Made by a program: the position numbers and the translations under genes
Notes under the pieces: generated by a model
The model's input: only the letters and a program-made list of their open reading frames with translations
What the model was told of the DNA's origin: nothing
Database searches by the model: none
In this document: in pieces, positions 17,510-27,193 of the stretch
Position numbering within the stretch: the first letter of the stretch is position 1
Layout: each line of letters starts with the position of its first letter
Assembly: GCA_964566925.1 (NCBI GenBank)
Contig: CAZMIZ010000001.1
Coordinates: 219,968 to 283,967, forward strand
Length of the DNA stretch: 64,000 nt
Source: an uncultured Gammaproteobacteria bacterium
Lineage (GTDB): Bacteria > Patescibacteriota > Microgenomatia > PFEM01 > DATLAM01
Reading direction: 5' to 3'

Positions 17510-18004
17510 ATGAAGCGAGAGACAATTATTGGTGCGGCGGTAGTTATCCTTATCCTGGTGGGGGCTTATTATTTCTTTACCCGCTATCAAGGAAGCGAAG
17601 TAGTCCCTTCGCCAGTAGAGAAAACCCCGGTTTCCGAGGAACTAGAAGAAGGATTTGAAACCGGCATGGGGATTGAGGTTCCTGAAGGGGTCGAGAAAAC
17701 GACTCTGGCTGACGTGACCGGCGGAGCTGGTACCGGTATGGCCACCAGAAGATTTGAAGACAATCTTTTTGAACACACGGTGATGGCGGCTCTACCAGAA
17801 CCGGGAACAGGGAAATTCTATGAGGGTTGGTTGGTTAGTGATGGCCAATTTTTCTCAACCGGGAAGCTGGAAGAAATGAAAGGTGGTTGGTACCTTGAGT
17901 TTTCAGCTGACAAGGATTATTCTGATTATAATCGGGTGGTGGTTACTCTTGAGGAAAAGGATGACTCCCAGCCAGAAAAGCACCTTTTAGAAGGGAGTTT
18001 TTAA
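17510..18004 (+). CDS. membrane-anchored protein with RskA-C-like domain
   Basis: N-terminal TM; LPEP..GKFYEGWL...VVVTLE; SD AAGGGGGTGA. Confidence 0.7.
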   Translation: MKRETIIGAAVVILILVGAYYFFTRYQGSEVVPSPVEKTPVSEELEEGFETGMGIEVPEGVEKTTLADVTGGAGTGMATRRFEDNLFEHTVMAALPEPGTGKFYEGWLVSDGQFFSTGKLEEMKGGWYLEFSADKDYSDYNRVVVTLEEKDDSQPEKHLLEGSF

Positions 18005-18090
18005 AAAAAAGAATTGAGATTACATTAAAAACTTGACTTGGCAAGAGTTGGTTTTTAGGGTAAGATGGAGGGAGGAAGGGGGTGAGGAAA

Positions 18091-18273
18091 TTGAAATTGA
18101 AGAAGAAAGACTGGAAGCAATTGTCTCAAATCTTGATGGTTGGTGCCGCCCTTTCAGTTCTTGCTGCTGCCTGGGGATTTTTCTACACGGATATCGTTCT
18201 TGCCTCCACTCAATGGCTTTTGGTGGCCGCGGTGATGGCCGCTTTTGGACTTTATTCCCGATTGGAATCTTAG
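18091..18273 (+). CDS. small two-TM protein
   Basis: hydrophobic; track start GTG 18082 is part of the SD AAGGGGGTGA, TTG 18091 preferred. Confidence 0.55.
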   Translation: MKLKKKDWKQLSQILMVGAALSVLAAAWGFFYTDIVLASTQWLLVAAVMAAFGLYSRLES

Positions 18274-18277
18274 GGAA

Positions 18278-19033
18278 ATGGTGAGCTCAGGATTAACTTT
18301 TGCTTATATTCTTGTTTTTTCTCTTCTAGGGAGCGTCGCTTCGCTGATTGGGGGAATTTTTCTTCTTTATAAAGCTGATTGGGCCAAAGAGGCTTCCGGT
18401 CATTTAGTAAGCTTTGCGGCTGGCGTGCTTTTATCAGCCGCTTTTTTTGATCTCTTACCTGAAGCCTTAGAGATGGCTGAAGAAATAGATGAAGTTTTCC
18501 TTTTTACTTTAGGCGGAATCGTGGTTTTTTTTCTGGTGGAGCGCTTTCTGCTTCGGCTTCACCACCATGATCGCTTTCACGATTTACCTCCGGTAAGTTC
18601 TTTAGTGGTGGTTGGTGATGCGATCCACAACTTTATTGATGGTATTATTATTACTACTACTTTTCTCGTTAACTATCCTCTGGGGGTAGTTACTTCTTTG
18701 GCGATTATCTCTCACGAGATCCCCCAAGAGATTGGGGACTTCGGGATTTTACTTCATGGCGGGATGAAGAGAAAAAAGGTGTTTTTTATCAATTTAGCGG
18801 CGGCTTTAATGACTGTTTTGGGAGCAATTTTAACTTTTATTTTTGTCTCGTCAGTTAATCTGATGATGGTGCCCCTTCTTTCTTTTGCGGCAGGGAACTT
18901 TATTTACATTGCTGCCTCTGACCTGATTCCTGAAATCCATCATGGGTTGGGGAAAGAAAAAGGATGGTCTCAAAGTTTTTTGTTTATTAGCGGGATTCTT
19001 TTAATTTGGGTTTTAGTGGGTTTTTGGGAATAG
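18278..19033 (+). CDS. ZIP family metal transporter
   Basis: SFAAGVLL, HHH loop, DAIHNFIDG, HEIPQEIGDF. Confidence 0.93.
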   Translation: MVSSGLTFAYILVFSLLGSVASLIGGIFLLYKADWAKEASGHLVSFAAGVLLSAAFFDLLPEALEMAEEIDEVFLFTLGGIVVFFLVERFLLRLHHHDRFHDLPPVSSLVVVGDAIHNFIDGIIITTTFLVNYPLGVVTSLAIISHEIPQEIGDFGILLHGGMKRKKVFFINLAAALMTVLGAILTFIFVSSVNLMMVPLLSFAAGNFIYIAASDLIPEIHHGLGKEKGWSQSFLFISGILLIWVLVGFWE

Positions 19034-19045
19034 GGAGAATAAAAA

Positions 19046-19492
19046 CTAAATTAGCGTCTTTTTTTGATACTCCTGATAGGCTTTACCAAACTTTTGGTGG
19101 AGGCTTTTTTCTTCGATTTTAGCTCGAGCAAGATTTAAGGGTAAGATCAAGAGAAGGGTGTAAATAAGGCCTGTTTTAGAGCCGGTGGCTAAAGAAAGGC
19201 CCAGGAAAGTAAGGTTGATACCCAGATAGATGGGGTGAGAGACGAGCCGATAAAGCCCTCTTTTTTGAAAAGTCTTAGGGGAGGGCAGAACCGAAAAATT
19301 AGCCAGACCTAAAGAGAAATAACCCCCAAACCAGAAAACCAAACCAGGGAAGGTCAGCAGAAGGCCGAGAAGTTGCAGCTCTAGACCAGGCAAGAACTGC
19401 GACTGATTTAGATAAATAATGATTGGCCCGGCCAAATAAAAAAGGGGGATTAGAAAGGTGAGGAAGAAATTTTTAAGGTTTTTGATTATCAC
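19046..19492 (-). CDS. isoprenylcysteine/phospholipid methyltransferase family membrane protein
   Basis: GLYRLVSHPIYLG, IEEKSL..KFG..Y.EY. Confidence 0.85.
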   Translation of the reverse strand: MIIKNLKNFFLTFLIPLFYLAGPIIIYLNQSQFLPGLELQLLGLLLTFPGLVFWFGGYFSLGLANFSVLPSPKTFQKRGLYRLVSHPIYLGINLTFLGLSLATGSKTGLIYTLLLILPLNLARAKIEEKSLHQKFGKAYQEYQKKTLI

Positions 19493-19531
19493 TTGCCATA
19501 ATGGTACTCAAAACGTTATCATCAAAACAAG

Positions 19532-20188
19532 GTGATCTTTGTTAATTTAAAGACCTACAAAGAAGGGACGGGCAAGAGAGCGCTGGATTTAGTTAGGGTC
19601 TGCGAAGCGGTTCAAAAGGAAACAGAAGTGAAAATTTTGCCTGTGATTCAGGCGGTTGACCTTTATCATATCCATCACCACCTTCCTCAGCTTGAGTTTT
19701 GGACCCAGCACGTCGATAGCATCAGTTTTGGCCCAAATACCGGCCAAATTTTACCAGAGGCGGTGGTCGCCGCCGGAGCCAAAGGGACTCTTTTAAACCA
19801 TTCTGAAAAGAGACTGCCAGTTGAGGTAATTCAAGAAACGATTGGTTATTGCCAGCAGTTAAAATTAAAAGTTTTGGTTTGTTCAGAAAGCCTGGAAGAA
19901 GCCAAAGAAATAAATCAAGCCAAGCCTGATTTAATCGCTTTTGAACCTCCGGAATTTATTGGCAGCCGGACGACCTCCGTGGCCACCGCTAAACAAGAAA
20001 TCATTAAAGATTTTGTTAAAGAGATTAAGGCAGCTCCCGTTTTAGTTGGCGCTGGGATTCATTCTCAAGAGGATGTGGAGATCGCAGTTAAACTGGGAGC
20101 AGTTGGGGTTTTAGTGGCAACTGATGTGGTTTTAGCTAAAGATCCCCAAAAAGAGTTGTTAGATTTAGCCAAAGGCTTTAAACAATGA
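19532..20188 (+). CDS. tpiA: triosephosphate isomerase, archaeal-type short form
   Basis: VNLKTY, LLNHSE, AFEPPEFIG, LVGAGI; 218 aa. Confidence 0.9.
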   Translation: MIFVNLKTYKEGTGKRALDLVRVCEAVQKETEVKILPVIQAVDLYHIHHHLPQLEFWTQHVDSISFGPNTGQILPEAVVAAGAKGTLLNHSEKRLPVEVIQETIGYCQQLKLKVLVCSESLEEAKEINQAKPDLIAFEPPEFIGSRTTSVATAKQEIIKDFVKEIKAAPVLVGAGIHSQEDVEIAVKLGAVGVLVATDVVLAKDPQKELLDLAKGFKQ

Positions 20189-20727
20189 AGAGATTTAAGA
20201 TTTGTGTTATTGGCGGCGAAGAAGGAAAGGCCGCTGAAAAAGCAAAACCTCTCGCCCGGAAAATAGGGAAGGAGGTGGCCAAAAGAGGCCACATTCTGGT
20301 TACCGGAGCAACCACTGGTGTTCCTTTTGCGGCTGCCTTGGCTGCCAAAAAGGCCGGTGGGATTAGCATTGGTTTTTCCCCGGCCGGGAGTGAATTAGAA
20401 CATCAAAAGAAGTATCGACTCCCGACCAAGAAAGCTTTTGATCATATTTTTTACACCGAAGAGGGTTACACCGGCCGCGATCTTTTAATGGTCAGAACCG
20501 TTGATGCCTCAGTTATGATTGATGGCCGGATTGGCACCCTCCATGAGTTTACCATTGCCTTTGAGGAACATGAGATTATCGGTGTCTTAGAGGGTTCAGG
20601 GGGAATGGCGGATGAGATCAAACGGATTCTAACAGCGGCTAAAAAGGGCCAGAGGAAGGTAATCTTTGCCTCCGACCCAATCAAGTTAGTAGACAAAGTG
20701 ATTAAGAGAATTAAAAAGGAAAAATAG
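20185..20727 (+). CDS. LOG/SLOG family protein
   Basis: LVTGATTG, GRDLLMVR, GRIGTLHEF. Confidence 0.85.
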   Translation: MKRFKICVIGGEEGKAAEKAKPLARKIGKEVAKRGHILVTGATTGVPFAAALAAKKAGGISIGFSPAGSELEHQKKYRLPTKKAFDHIFYTEEGYTGRDLLMVRTVDASVMIDGRIGTLHEFTIAFEEHEIIGVLEGSGGMADEIKRILTAAKKGQRKVIFASDPIKLVDKVIKRIKKEK

Positions 20728-20801
20728 TTAAATAAAGTCAATAAATATTATTACCGAAGTTACTGGCTTTATTGAGTTAGTGAGTCATTAATTTTACTGT
20801 C

Positions 20802-21854
20802 ATGAGGCTGCCCAACGTTAAGGATTTGTCAGTTGCTAATAAAAGAGTTCTTTTGCGCACCAACTATGATGTTCCTTTAGATGTTGATGGCCGGGTAGCG
20901 GATGAAACGAGAATTGAGGAATCATTATTCACGATTAAACATCTCCTTGACCAAAAAGCAAAAATAATCATTATTACCCATCTCGACCGGCCCGGGGGTA
21001 AATTTGTGCCTGGTTTAAGCCTCAAGTCGGTCAAGGAAAGACTAGAAATGATGTTGCCTAAAACGAAAATTTGGTTTTCTGGTGAGGTTCTAGGTGAAAA
21101 AACAAAAAGGCGGGCAATCGGCTTAAAAAAGGAGGAAATTTTACTTTTAGAAAATCTTCGTTTTGATCCAGGTGAAGAGGCTAATCAGCGTCGTTTTGCT
21201 CGAGGCCTAGCTAGCTTAGCCGATCTCTACATTAATGATGCCTTTGCCAATTCGCATCGAAGCCATGCCTCAATGATTAGCGTTCCCTTATTATTACCAT
21301 CCGCTTTGGGTCTTGATTGCCAGAAAGAGATTGAAATTCTCTCCCAAGTTCGAAGTCAACCCAAAAAACCGGTAGTGATTATTTTGGGTGGAGTGAAAAG
21401 AAGCAAGGTGGAAGCGGCCAAAAAACTTATTTCCTGGGCAGACTCTATTTTGGTGGCTGGTGAGCTGATTACCTATGATGGAATTCCTGAAGTAGTTGGT
21501 CGTCACCAAAAGATTTTAGGCAGCTTGACTAAAAAAGGGGAAGACATCACAATGGAAACAATTAAGAAGTTTAAAAAAGTTATTGCCGCTGCAAAAACGA
21601 TTATTTGGTCAGGTCCCTTAGGTGCTTATGAAGAAGAAGGGTACGAACGAGGGACCAAGGAGATTGCCAAGGCGGTGGTAGCCAGCGGTGCTTATACCAT
21701 TGTCGGTGGCGGCGACACCGAAGCGGCCCTGACTAAGTTTGGTTTGGTTGACAAGATTGACTATATTTCTTCGGGTGGCGGAGCGATGCTTGAGTTTTTG
21801 GCTGAGGGAACTTTACCGGCAATAGAAGCAATTAAGAGTAAAAGTAATAAATAA
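20802..21854 (+). CDS. pgk: phosphoglycerate kinase
   Basis: RTNYDVP, HLDRP, LLENLRF, NDAF, GGGDT, ISSGGGA. Confidence 0.95.
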   Translation: MRLPNVKDLSVANKRVLLRTNYDVPLDVDGRVADETRIEESLFTIKHLLDQKAKIIIITHLDRPGGKFVPGLSLKSVKERLEMMLPKTKIWFSGEVLGEKTKRRAIGLKKEEILLLENLRFDPGEEANQRRFARGLASLADLYINDAFANSHRSHASMISVPLLLPSALGLDCQKEIEILSQVRSQPKKPVVIILGGVKRSKVEAAKKLISWADSILVAGELITYDGIPEVVGRHQKILGSLTKKGEDITMETIKKFKKVIAAAKTIIWSGPLGAYEEEGYERGTKEIAKAVVASGAYTIVGGGDTEAALTKFGLVDKIDYISSGGGAMLEFLAEGTLPAIEAIKSKSNK

Positions 21855-21916
21855 AGACAATTAATCAGTAAAAACAAAAAACGCGGTTACTGACTTTGCT
21901 GAATTATTAAACAGTT

Positions 21917-22945
21917 ATGATTAAACTAGCGATTAATGGTTTTGGGAGGATTGGTCGGATTGCCTTTCGGGTAGCTACCCTTCTTTATTCCCGGAAAGTC
22001 AAAGTGGTGGCGGTTAACACTTCTGGTTCGATGGCCATTAATGGTTGGGCCCACCTTCTTCGTTATGATAGTGTTTATAAGGAATTTAAAAAGAAGATTG
22101 AGGTGAGGAAAAAGAGAAAAGGGAAGGAGATTGGTGTTTTAATGGTTGATAAAAAACTAATCCCGGTTTTGGCGGAACGAGAACCGGCTAAAATTCCTTG
22201 GAGAAAATATAGACCTGACGTGGTGATTGAATCAACCGGAGTTTTCCGAGAGCGGAAACTAGCCGCGGCCCATCTTCGAGCTGGGGCCAAAAAGGTGATT
22301 ATTTCTGCTCCGGCCAAAAACACGGAAACTTTTGTTATTGGCGGTAACGAAGAGCAATACCGAGATAATTTGATTATTGACATGGCCTCTTGTACCACTA
22401 ATTGCGTGGTGCCCATAACCCGGGTGATCCTGGAAAGGTTTGGGATTCAAAAAGCTTTAATGAGTACGATTCATGCCTACACGGCGGATCAAGAAGTGGT
22501 TGACGGTTCCCATCGGGATTTACGCCGGGCTCGAGCCGCGGCCGTTAATATCGTACCAACCACCACCGGCGCCGCTCTGGCTACCACTAAGGTTTTACCT
22601 TCACTTCAAGGGGTTTTTGATGGGATCGCTTATCGGGTCCCGGTGGTTTGCGGTTCAATTTCGGATTTTAGTTTTTTAACCACTAAAAGAACTTCGTCTC
22701 AAGAGGTAAATCAGGCCTTAATCAAAGCTTCAAAAGGTCGATATAAGGGAATTATCGGTGTTTCTGACCAGCCCCTGGTTTCCACTGACATTATCGGGAG
22801 CCGTTTCTCGGCAACCGTAGATCTCTCTTTGACCCAAGTAATTGACGGTGACCTGGTTAAGGTCGTGACCTGGTATGATAATGAATGGGCTTATTGTTGT
22901 CGCCTGATCGAAATGGCGATGATGATCGGAAATAAAAATGAATAA
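21917..22945 (+). CDS. gap: glyceraldehyde-3-phosphate dehydrogenase type I
   Basis: INGFGRIGR, ASCTTNC, WYDNEW. Confidence 0.97.
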   Translation: MIKLAINGFGRIGRIAFRVATLLYSRKVKVVAVNTSGSMAINGWAHLLRYDSVYKEFKKKIEVRKKRKGKEIGVLMVDKKLIPVLAEREPAKIPWRKYRPDVVIESTGVFRERKLAAAHLRAGAKKVIISAPAKNTETFVIGGNEEQYRDNLIIDMASCTTNCVVPITRVILERFGIQKALMSTIHAYTADQEVVDGSHRDLRRARAAAVNIVPTTTGAALATTKVLPSLQGVFDGIAYRVPVVCGSISDFSFLTTKRTSSQEVNQALIKASKGRYKGIIGVSDQPLVSTDIIGSRFSATVDLSLTQVIDGDLVKVVTWYDNEWAYCCRLIEMAMMIGNKNE

Positions 22946-23600
22946 AAGACGGCTCACTTCTTTTCTTGACTTTGCTAATCATCGCCAGGATGTAACTCCG
23001 GAGGAGATTAGGGTGCTCTGCCAACAAGTTAAAAAACACGGCTTTCATGGTGTTTTTGTTAATCCCTGCTATGTTTCCCTGACAAGAAATTTTTTAGAGA
23101 CAGGAGCGGTGGGAACGGTGATCTCTTTTCCTTTAGGTCAAGACAGTCAAGAAATTAAGGTGATTGCCGCTATTGACGCCGCCAAAAACCGAGCCGACGA
23201 GCTTGATGTCAGTCTGAATGTTGGCCTTTTTAAGGCAGGAAAGGGCAACTTGGTTTTAGAGGAGATGAAAGCCGTGGTGGTGGCCGCTAAAAATATAAAA
23301 AAAGCGGTTTTAGTCAAGTTCATTATCGAGACAGGATTATTAACTGATAGTGAAATTAAAAAAGCGGCCCAACTAGTACTTGAATCAGGGGCCGATTTTG
23401 TTAAAACTAATTCCGGTTTTGGGCCACGGGGGGCGAGCTTGAAAGATGTGGGATTGATTCGCCAGGCAGTGGGGAAGAAAATTAAGATTAAAGTGGCCGG
23501 CGGGATCTATACTTATAAGAAGGCGATTAAATTTATTGAAAAAGGGGCCGACCGGATTGGGACTTCAAAAGCAGTGGAAATTATTAAAGGAGCTCGTTAG
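22938..23600 (+). CDS. deoC: deoxyribose-phosphate aldolase
   Basis: VISFPLG, KFIIET, ADFVKTNSG, KVAGGI, RIGTS. Confidence 0.93.
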   Translation: MNKRRLTSFLDFANHRQDVTPEEIRVLCQQVKKHGFHGVFVNPCYVSLTRNFLETGAVGTVISFPLGQDSQEIKVIAAIDAAKNRADELDVSLNVGLFKAGKGNLVLEEMKAVVVAAKNIKKAVLVKFIIETGLLTDSEIKKAAQLVLESGADFVKTNSGFGPRGASLKDVGLIRQAVGKKIKIKVAGGIYTYKKAIKFIEKGADRIGTSKAVEIIKGAR

Positions 23601-23639
23601 AATAAAAAGAGACTCATTGGAAAGGGGGTGAGAAAAATT

Positions 23640-23963
23640 ATGTTTGATATTGGTAAATCGGATGATCCAGCCAAACCAGGTAGCGCAACTCCGCCCACGC
23701 CGGGGAGTCCAGCTAAACCTGGTGGGGTGACACCCGCGGCTGGCGGGCCACCCAAACCTGGAATGCCTTCACCTACAGCTGGCGGGCCACCCAAGCCGCC
23801 ATCGCCACCCACCGCGCCCAAACCACCATCTCCACCTCCACCAACGCCACCACTAGGAGGATCAAAACCTTTAGGAGGTGAGCCTACTCATGAGGAGTTA
23901 ATGGCCGAGCTTAAAGACATTAAGTCAATCTTGGCAAAAATCGAAGCAAAGAGCGGAGGTTAA
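23640..23963 (+). CDS. Pro/Gly-rich low-complexity protein with C-terminal amphipathic helix
   Basis: SD AAGGGGGTGA before ATG 23640; AGGPPKP repeats; ELMAELKDIKSILAKIE. Confidence 0.7.
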   Translation: MFDIGKSDDPAKPGSATPPTPGSPAKPGGVTPAAGGPPKPGMPSPTAGGPPKPPSPPTAPKPPSPPPPTPPLGGSKPLGGEPTHEELMAELKDIKSILAKIEAKSGG

Positions 23964-23964
23964 G

Positions 23965-24843
23965 GTGCTCAGTGCGCGCGAAATATTAGAAAAAGCCCAC
24001 CAAAAGGGTTATGCCTTGGGTGCTTTTAATGCGGGCGATTTAGAAATCGTTAAAGGGGTCATCCAGGCCGGAGTAGAACAACAATCACCCTTAATTATTG
24101 AAACCTCCCCAGGGGAGACCAGATTTTTCGGGCCCAAAAATTTTGATTGTGTTATCGAAAATTTTAAAAAAGAAACCGGCCTGCCGATTTTGGCTAATCT
24201 GGATCATGCCTTGGGGATAGAGGAAGCTCAAGCAGGCATTGAAGCCGGTTTTGAACTGGTTCATTTCGATGGCTCAGAATTGCCTTATGAAGAAAATGTC
24301 AAAATAACCAAGGCCGTCGTTGAACAGGCTCATCAAAAAGGACTTCTTGTTGAAGGTGAGATTGATAAAATTCTCGGCAGTTCTGAGCCTCACCTGACCG
24401 AAGATGCGGAGACAGTCCAGGCTAGGGCTAACTATACTGATCCCGATCGGGCGGTGGATTTCGTTGAGAAGACCGGAGTGGATCTTTTAGCTGTTTTCGT
24501 TGGTAATCTTCATGGAGTTTATCGGCAACAACCTAAACTGGATTTAGAGCGGCTAAAAATAATTGCCCAGAAGTTAACCTGTTTTCTCTCTCTCCACGGC
24601 GGGTCGGGCTTATTAGATGAAGATATTAAGAAAACCATTCAAGTTGGCAAAGTGGTTAAAATTAACGTTAACACGGAATTGCGAATTGCTTATCGAGAAA
24701 CTTTAGAGAATGTTTTGAAAGGTTCGGAGGAGGTAGCTATCTATAAAATTATGCCGCCGGTAATCGCCGCCGTTCAAAAAGTAGTTGAGGAAAAAATGCA
24801 ACTTTTTGGCTCGGCTGGTGAAGCTAAGGAGGTTTCAAAATGA
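23965..24843 (+). CDS. fba: class II fructose-bisphosphate aldolase
   Basis: ALGAFN, NLDHA, HFDGS, VGNLHG, LHGGSG, KINVNTE. Confidence 0.93.
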   Translation: MLSAREILEKAHQKGYALGAFNAGDLEIVKGVIQAGVEQQSPLIIETSPGETRFFGPKNFDCVIENFKKETGLPILANLDHALGIEEAQAGIEAGFELVHFDGSELPYEENVKITKAVVEQAHQKGLLVEGEIDKILGSSEPHLTEDAETVQARANYTDPDRAVDFVEKTGVDLLAVFVGNLHGVYRQQPKLDLERLKIIAQKLTCFLSLHGGSGLLDEDIKKTIQVGKVVKINVNTELRIAYRETLENVLKGSEEVAIYKIMPPVIAAVQKVVEEKMQLFGSAGEAKEVSK

Positions 24844-25787
24844 AATATGATATTACGGCCATCGGTTCGGCGGTGATGGATGTTTTCCTGAAATCGCCTG
24901 AATTTAAACCCGGTGAGCCTTTGCCGGTGGGTGACAAACTCGAGGTTGAGGAACTCTACCTAACCACTGGGGGAGGGGGGACCAACACGGCCACTGGGCT
25001 TGCCCGCTTGGGTTTGAAGACGGCTTGCATTGCTCGGTTTGGTGATGATCTCTTTGGCAAATTTGTTGAACGAGAACTAGAGAAAGAGAGTTTTGATAAA
25101 GACTATTTAATGGTCAGATTAGGGGATAAGACTGACTATTCAACCATTATTGTTTATCCGGATGGCTCAAGAGTAATTTTGGTTCATCGGGGTAAAACCA
25201 GGCTAGACGAAACAGGCTTTCCCTGGCAGATCTTAGATGAGACGAAGTGGCTCTATATTGCTTCTCTAGAAGGCAATGTTGATTTGTTAACTCAGGTAGT
25301 CACGAAAGCCAAGGAAAAAGGCGTCAAAGTCGCTTTAAATCCGGGTAGTCGGGAATTGAAAGAGCACGACAAACTTCTTTCCCTTTTCCCGAAAATTGAA
25401 GTCTTAGTTCTTAATTTAGAAGAGGCGATGCTTTTTACTGGCGAAAAGGAAGAGAAGCAGGTCTTTGCTAAAATTTCTCGGTTGGGACCAAAAATTGTGG
25501 TGGTTACCAATGGCCGGAAAGGCGCCCATCTTTTTAGTCAAGGAAAACACTTTTTCAGTGAAGCCTTTAAAGGCCAAACAGTTGATGAGTTAGGGGCGGG
25601 CGATGCTTTTTCATCCGGCTTGGTGGCCGGTCTGGTCAAAGGTTTTTCCTTAGAAGAATCCCTTAAATTAGGGATGGCCAATGGCGCTTCAGTCGTCACT
25701 AAAATCGGTGCCAAAACCGCTCTTTTGCGAGAAAATGAAATTAAAGAATGGCTGGGAAAAGATCTCAAAATTGAGCAACTAAGTTAA
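24840..25787 (+). CDS. PfkB family carbohydrate kinase
   Basis: GGGGTNTA, VVTNG..G, DELGAGDAF. Confidence 0.92.
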   Translation: MKYDITAIGSAVMDVFLKSPEFKPGEPLPVGDKLEVEELYLTTGGGGTNTATGLARLGLKTACIARFGDDLFGKFVERELEKESFDKDYLMVRLGDKTDYSTIIVYPDGSRVILVHRGKTRLDETGFPWQILDETKWLYIASLEGNVDLLTQVVTKAKEKGVKVALNPGSRELKEHDKLLSLFPKIEVLVLNLEEAMLFTGEKEEKQVFAKISRLGPKIVVVTNGRKGAHLFSQGKHFFSEAFKGQTVDELGAGDAFSSGLVAGLVKGFSLEESLKLGMANGASVVTKIGAKTALLRENEIKEWLGKDLKIEQLS

Positions 25788-25882
25788 TCAGCAAAACCTT
25801 CCAAAATCTGTCCCGAAAAAAAGCCGAAAATCGGCCCTTCCCAAAAGTCCTATTTTTTGTTAGCATTTTGATGAGGTTCCAA

Positions 25883-27193
25883 AAATGAAAATCCGTGAGG
25901 TTCATAATTGGTCTTTCTCTCTACACCCTTTTTTGCAGAGGCTTAAAGGTCAAGAAAGCCGCTCTTTATTTTTTAAAGACCTTCCGCGCGAAACGCAGAA
26001 CTTGATTTGGATTCAATTTCTGGTTACTTTTTCTGCCTCGTTGGCCGGGATTTTTATTAACATTTTTCTTTGGCGTCAAGCTCATAATTTTACCCCTCTG
26101 GTTGTTTTTAATTTTTTCAATATTTTTCTTTTAGTAGTTGTTTATATTTTAAGCGCCTATTTATTTCAAAAACGCTCCTCTGCTTTTGGCATCAGGATGG
26201 GGCTTTTGTTTACAGTTTTGTTTTACTTTTCTCTTCTTCTCTTGAGGGAGAAAGCGGTTTTCTGGGTAATTCCTTTGGGTTGTTTGAAGGGAGTGGCGAG
26301 TGGTTTTTATTGGTCCGGCCTTAATTTACTTCAGTATGTTTTAACTCATGACAGAAATAGAGATTATTATTTTGGTATAGTAGGATTTTGGGGAACCTTA
26401 GCCGGGTTGGCCGGGCCGATTATTGGCGGGGCAATCATTGCCTTTGGGGGCCTATTCGTTCCTGATTCCTTCTTGGGGTACTACTTATTATTTTTGGTTA
26501 CCTCGGCAATTTTTACGATCACGGCCTTCTTTTCTTTCCGGCTTAAAAGGCTTTATTTGACAAAATTCTCTCCATTAAAGATTCGTTCTTCGATTAAAAA
26601 CAATCGGCCATGGCGGCTGGTTCTTGGCCAACAATTTTTAATTGGTCTCTTTGATGTTTCTCTTACGGTTCTAATCGGCATTTTTATTTATCTTATTCTT
26701 GCGAATAATGAGTTTTTCGTTGGCACTTTTCAAACCGTCATGGGGTTTATTGGCGCCGTTGGTAGCTTCGTGGCCGGCAGGATGATTATTGAGAAAAGAA
26801 GACTGGCTCTCGCTTTTCTTGGAGCGATTGGTTTTGTTTTAGGCTCAGCCCTTTTAGGTTTCTGGCCAACCGTGTTTATCCTTATTCTTAGCGGCTTGTT
26901 AAAAAAATCTTTAGGCTCTTTTCTTGAGGTGACCTTAGGCACCCTCTATTTCCGAACCATTGATACCGACCCCCGTCCTTGGCAGGAGAAGTATGATTAC
27001 ATGATTGCCAGGGATACCGCCCTGGGATTGGGAAGACTTTTAAGTTATTTGATTTTGCTTTTTCTTTTTAGGAGCTTTACCCAAATGACCGTTGCCAGGG
27101 GATGGATTGTGGTTGCTGGCGCCATCCCGGTTTTGATTTGGGTTTTAGTTTGGCAAATGGGTAAGGAGGGATAAATGAAAATCCGTGAGGTTC
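25883..27193 (+). repeat. 21-bp direct repeat pair (25883-25903, 27173-27193) flanking MFS gene
   Basis: AAATGAAAATCCGTGAGGTTC at both starts; both proteins begin MKIREV. Confidence 0.85.
25885..27174 (+). CDS. MFS transporter
   Basis: about 12 TM, FINIFLW, G..SGFYW, GP.IGG. Confidence 0.85.
   Translation: MKIREVHNWSFSLHPFLQRLKGQESRSLFFKDLPRETQNLIWIQFLVTFSASLAGIFINIFLWRQAHNFTPLVVFNFFNIFLLVVVYILSAYLFQKRSSAFGIRMGLLFTVLFYFSLLLLREKAVFWVIPLGCLKGVASGFYWSGLNLLQYVLTHDRNRDYYFGIVGFWGTLAGLAGPIIGGAIIAFGGLFVPDSFLGYYLLFLVTSAIFTITAFFSFRLKRLYLTKFSPLKIRSSIKNNRPWRLVLGQQFLIGLFDVSLTVLIGIFIYLILANNEFFVGTFQTVMGFIGAVGSFVAGRMIIEKRRLALAFLGAIGFVLGSALLGFWPTVFILILSGLLKKSLGSFLEVTLGTLYFRTIDTDPRPWQEKYDYMIARDTALGLGRLLSYLILLFLFRSFTQMTVARGWIVVAGAIPVLIWVLVWQMGKEG

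Noticed and set aside
20730-21915. Degenerate TTACTG/CAGTAA-type words flanking pgk
   Set aside because: Too degenerate and AT-rich to define an element by eye
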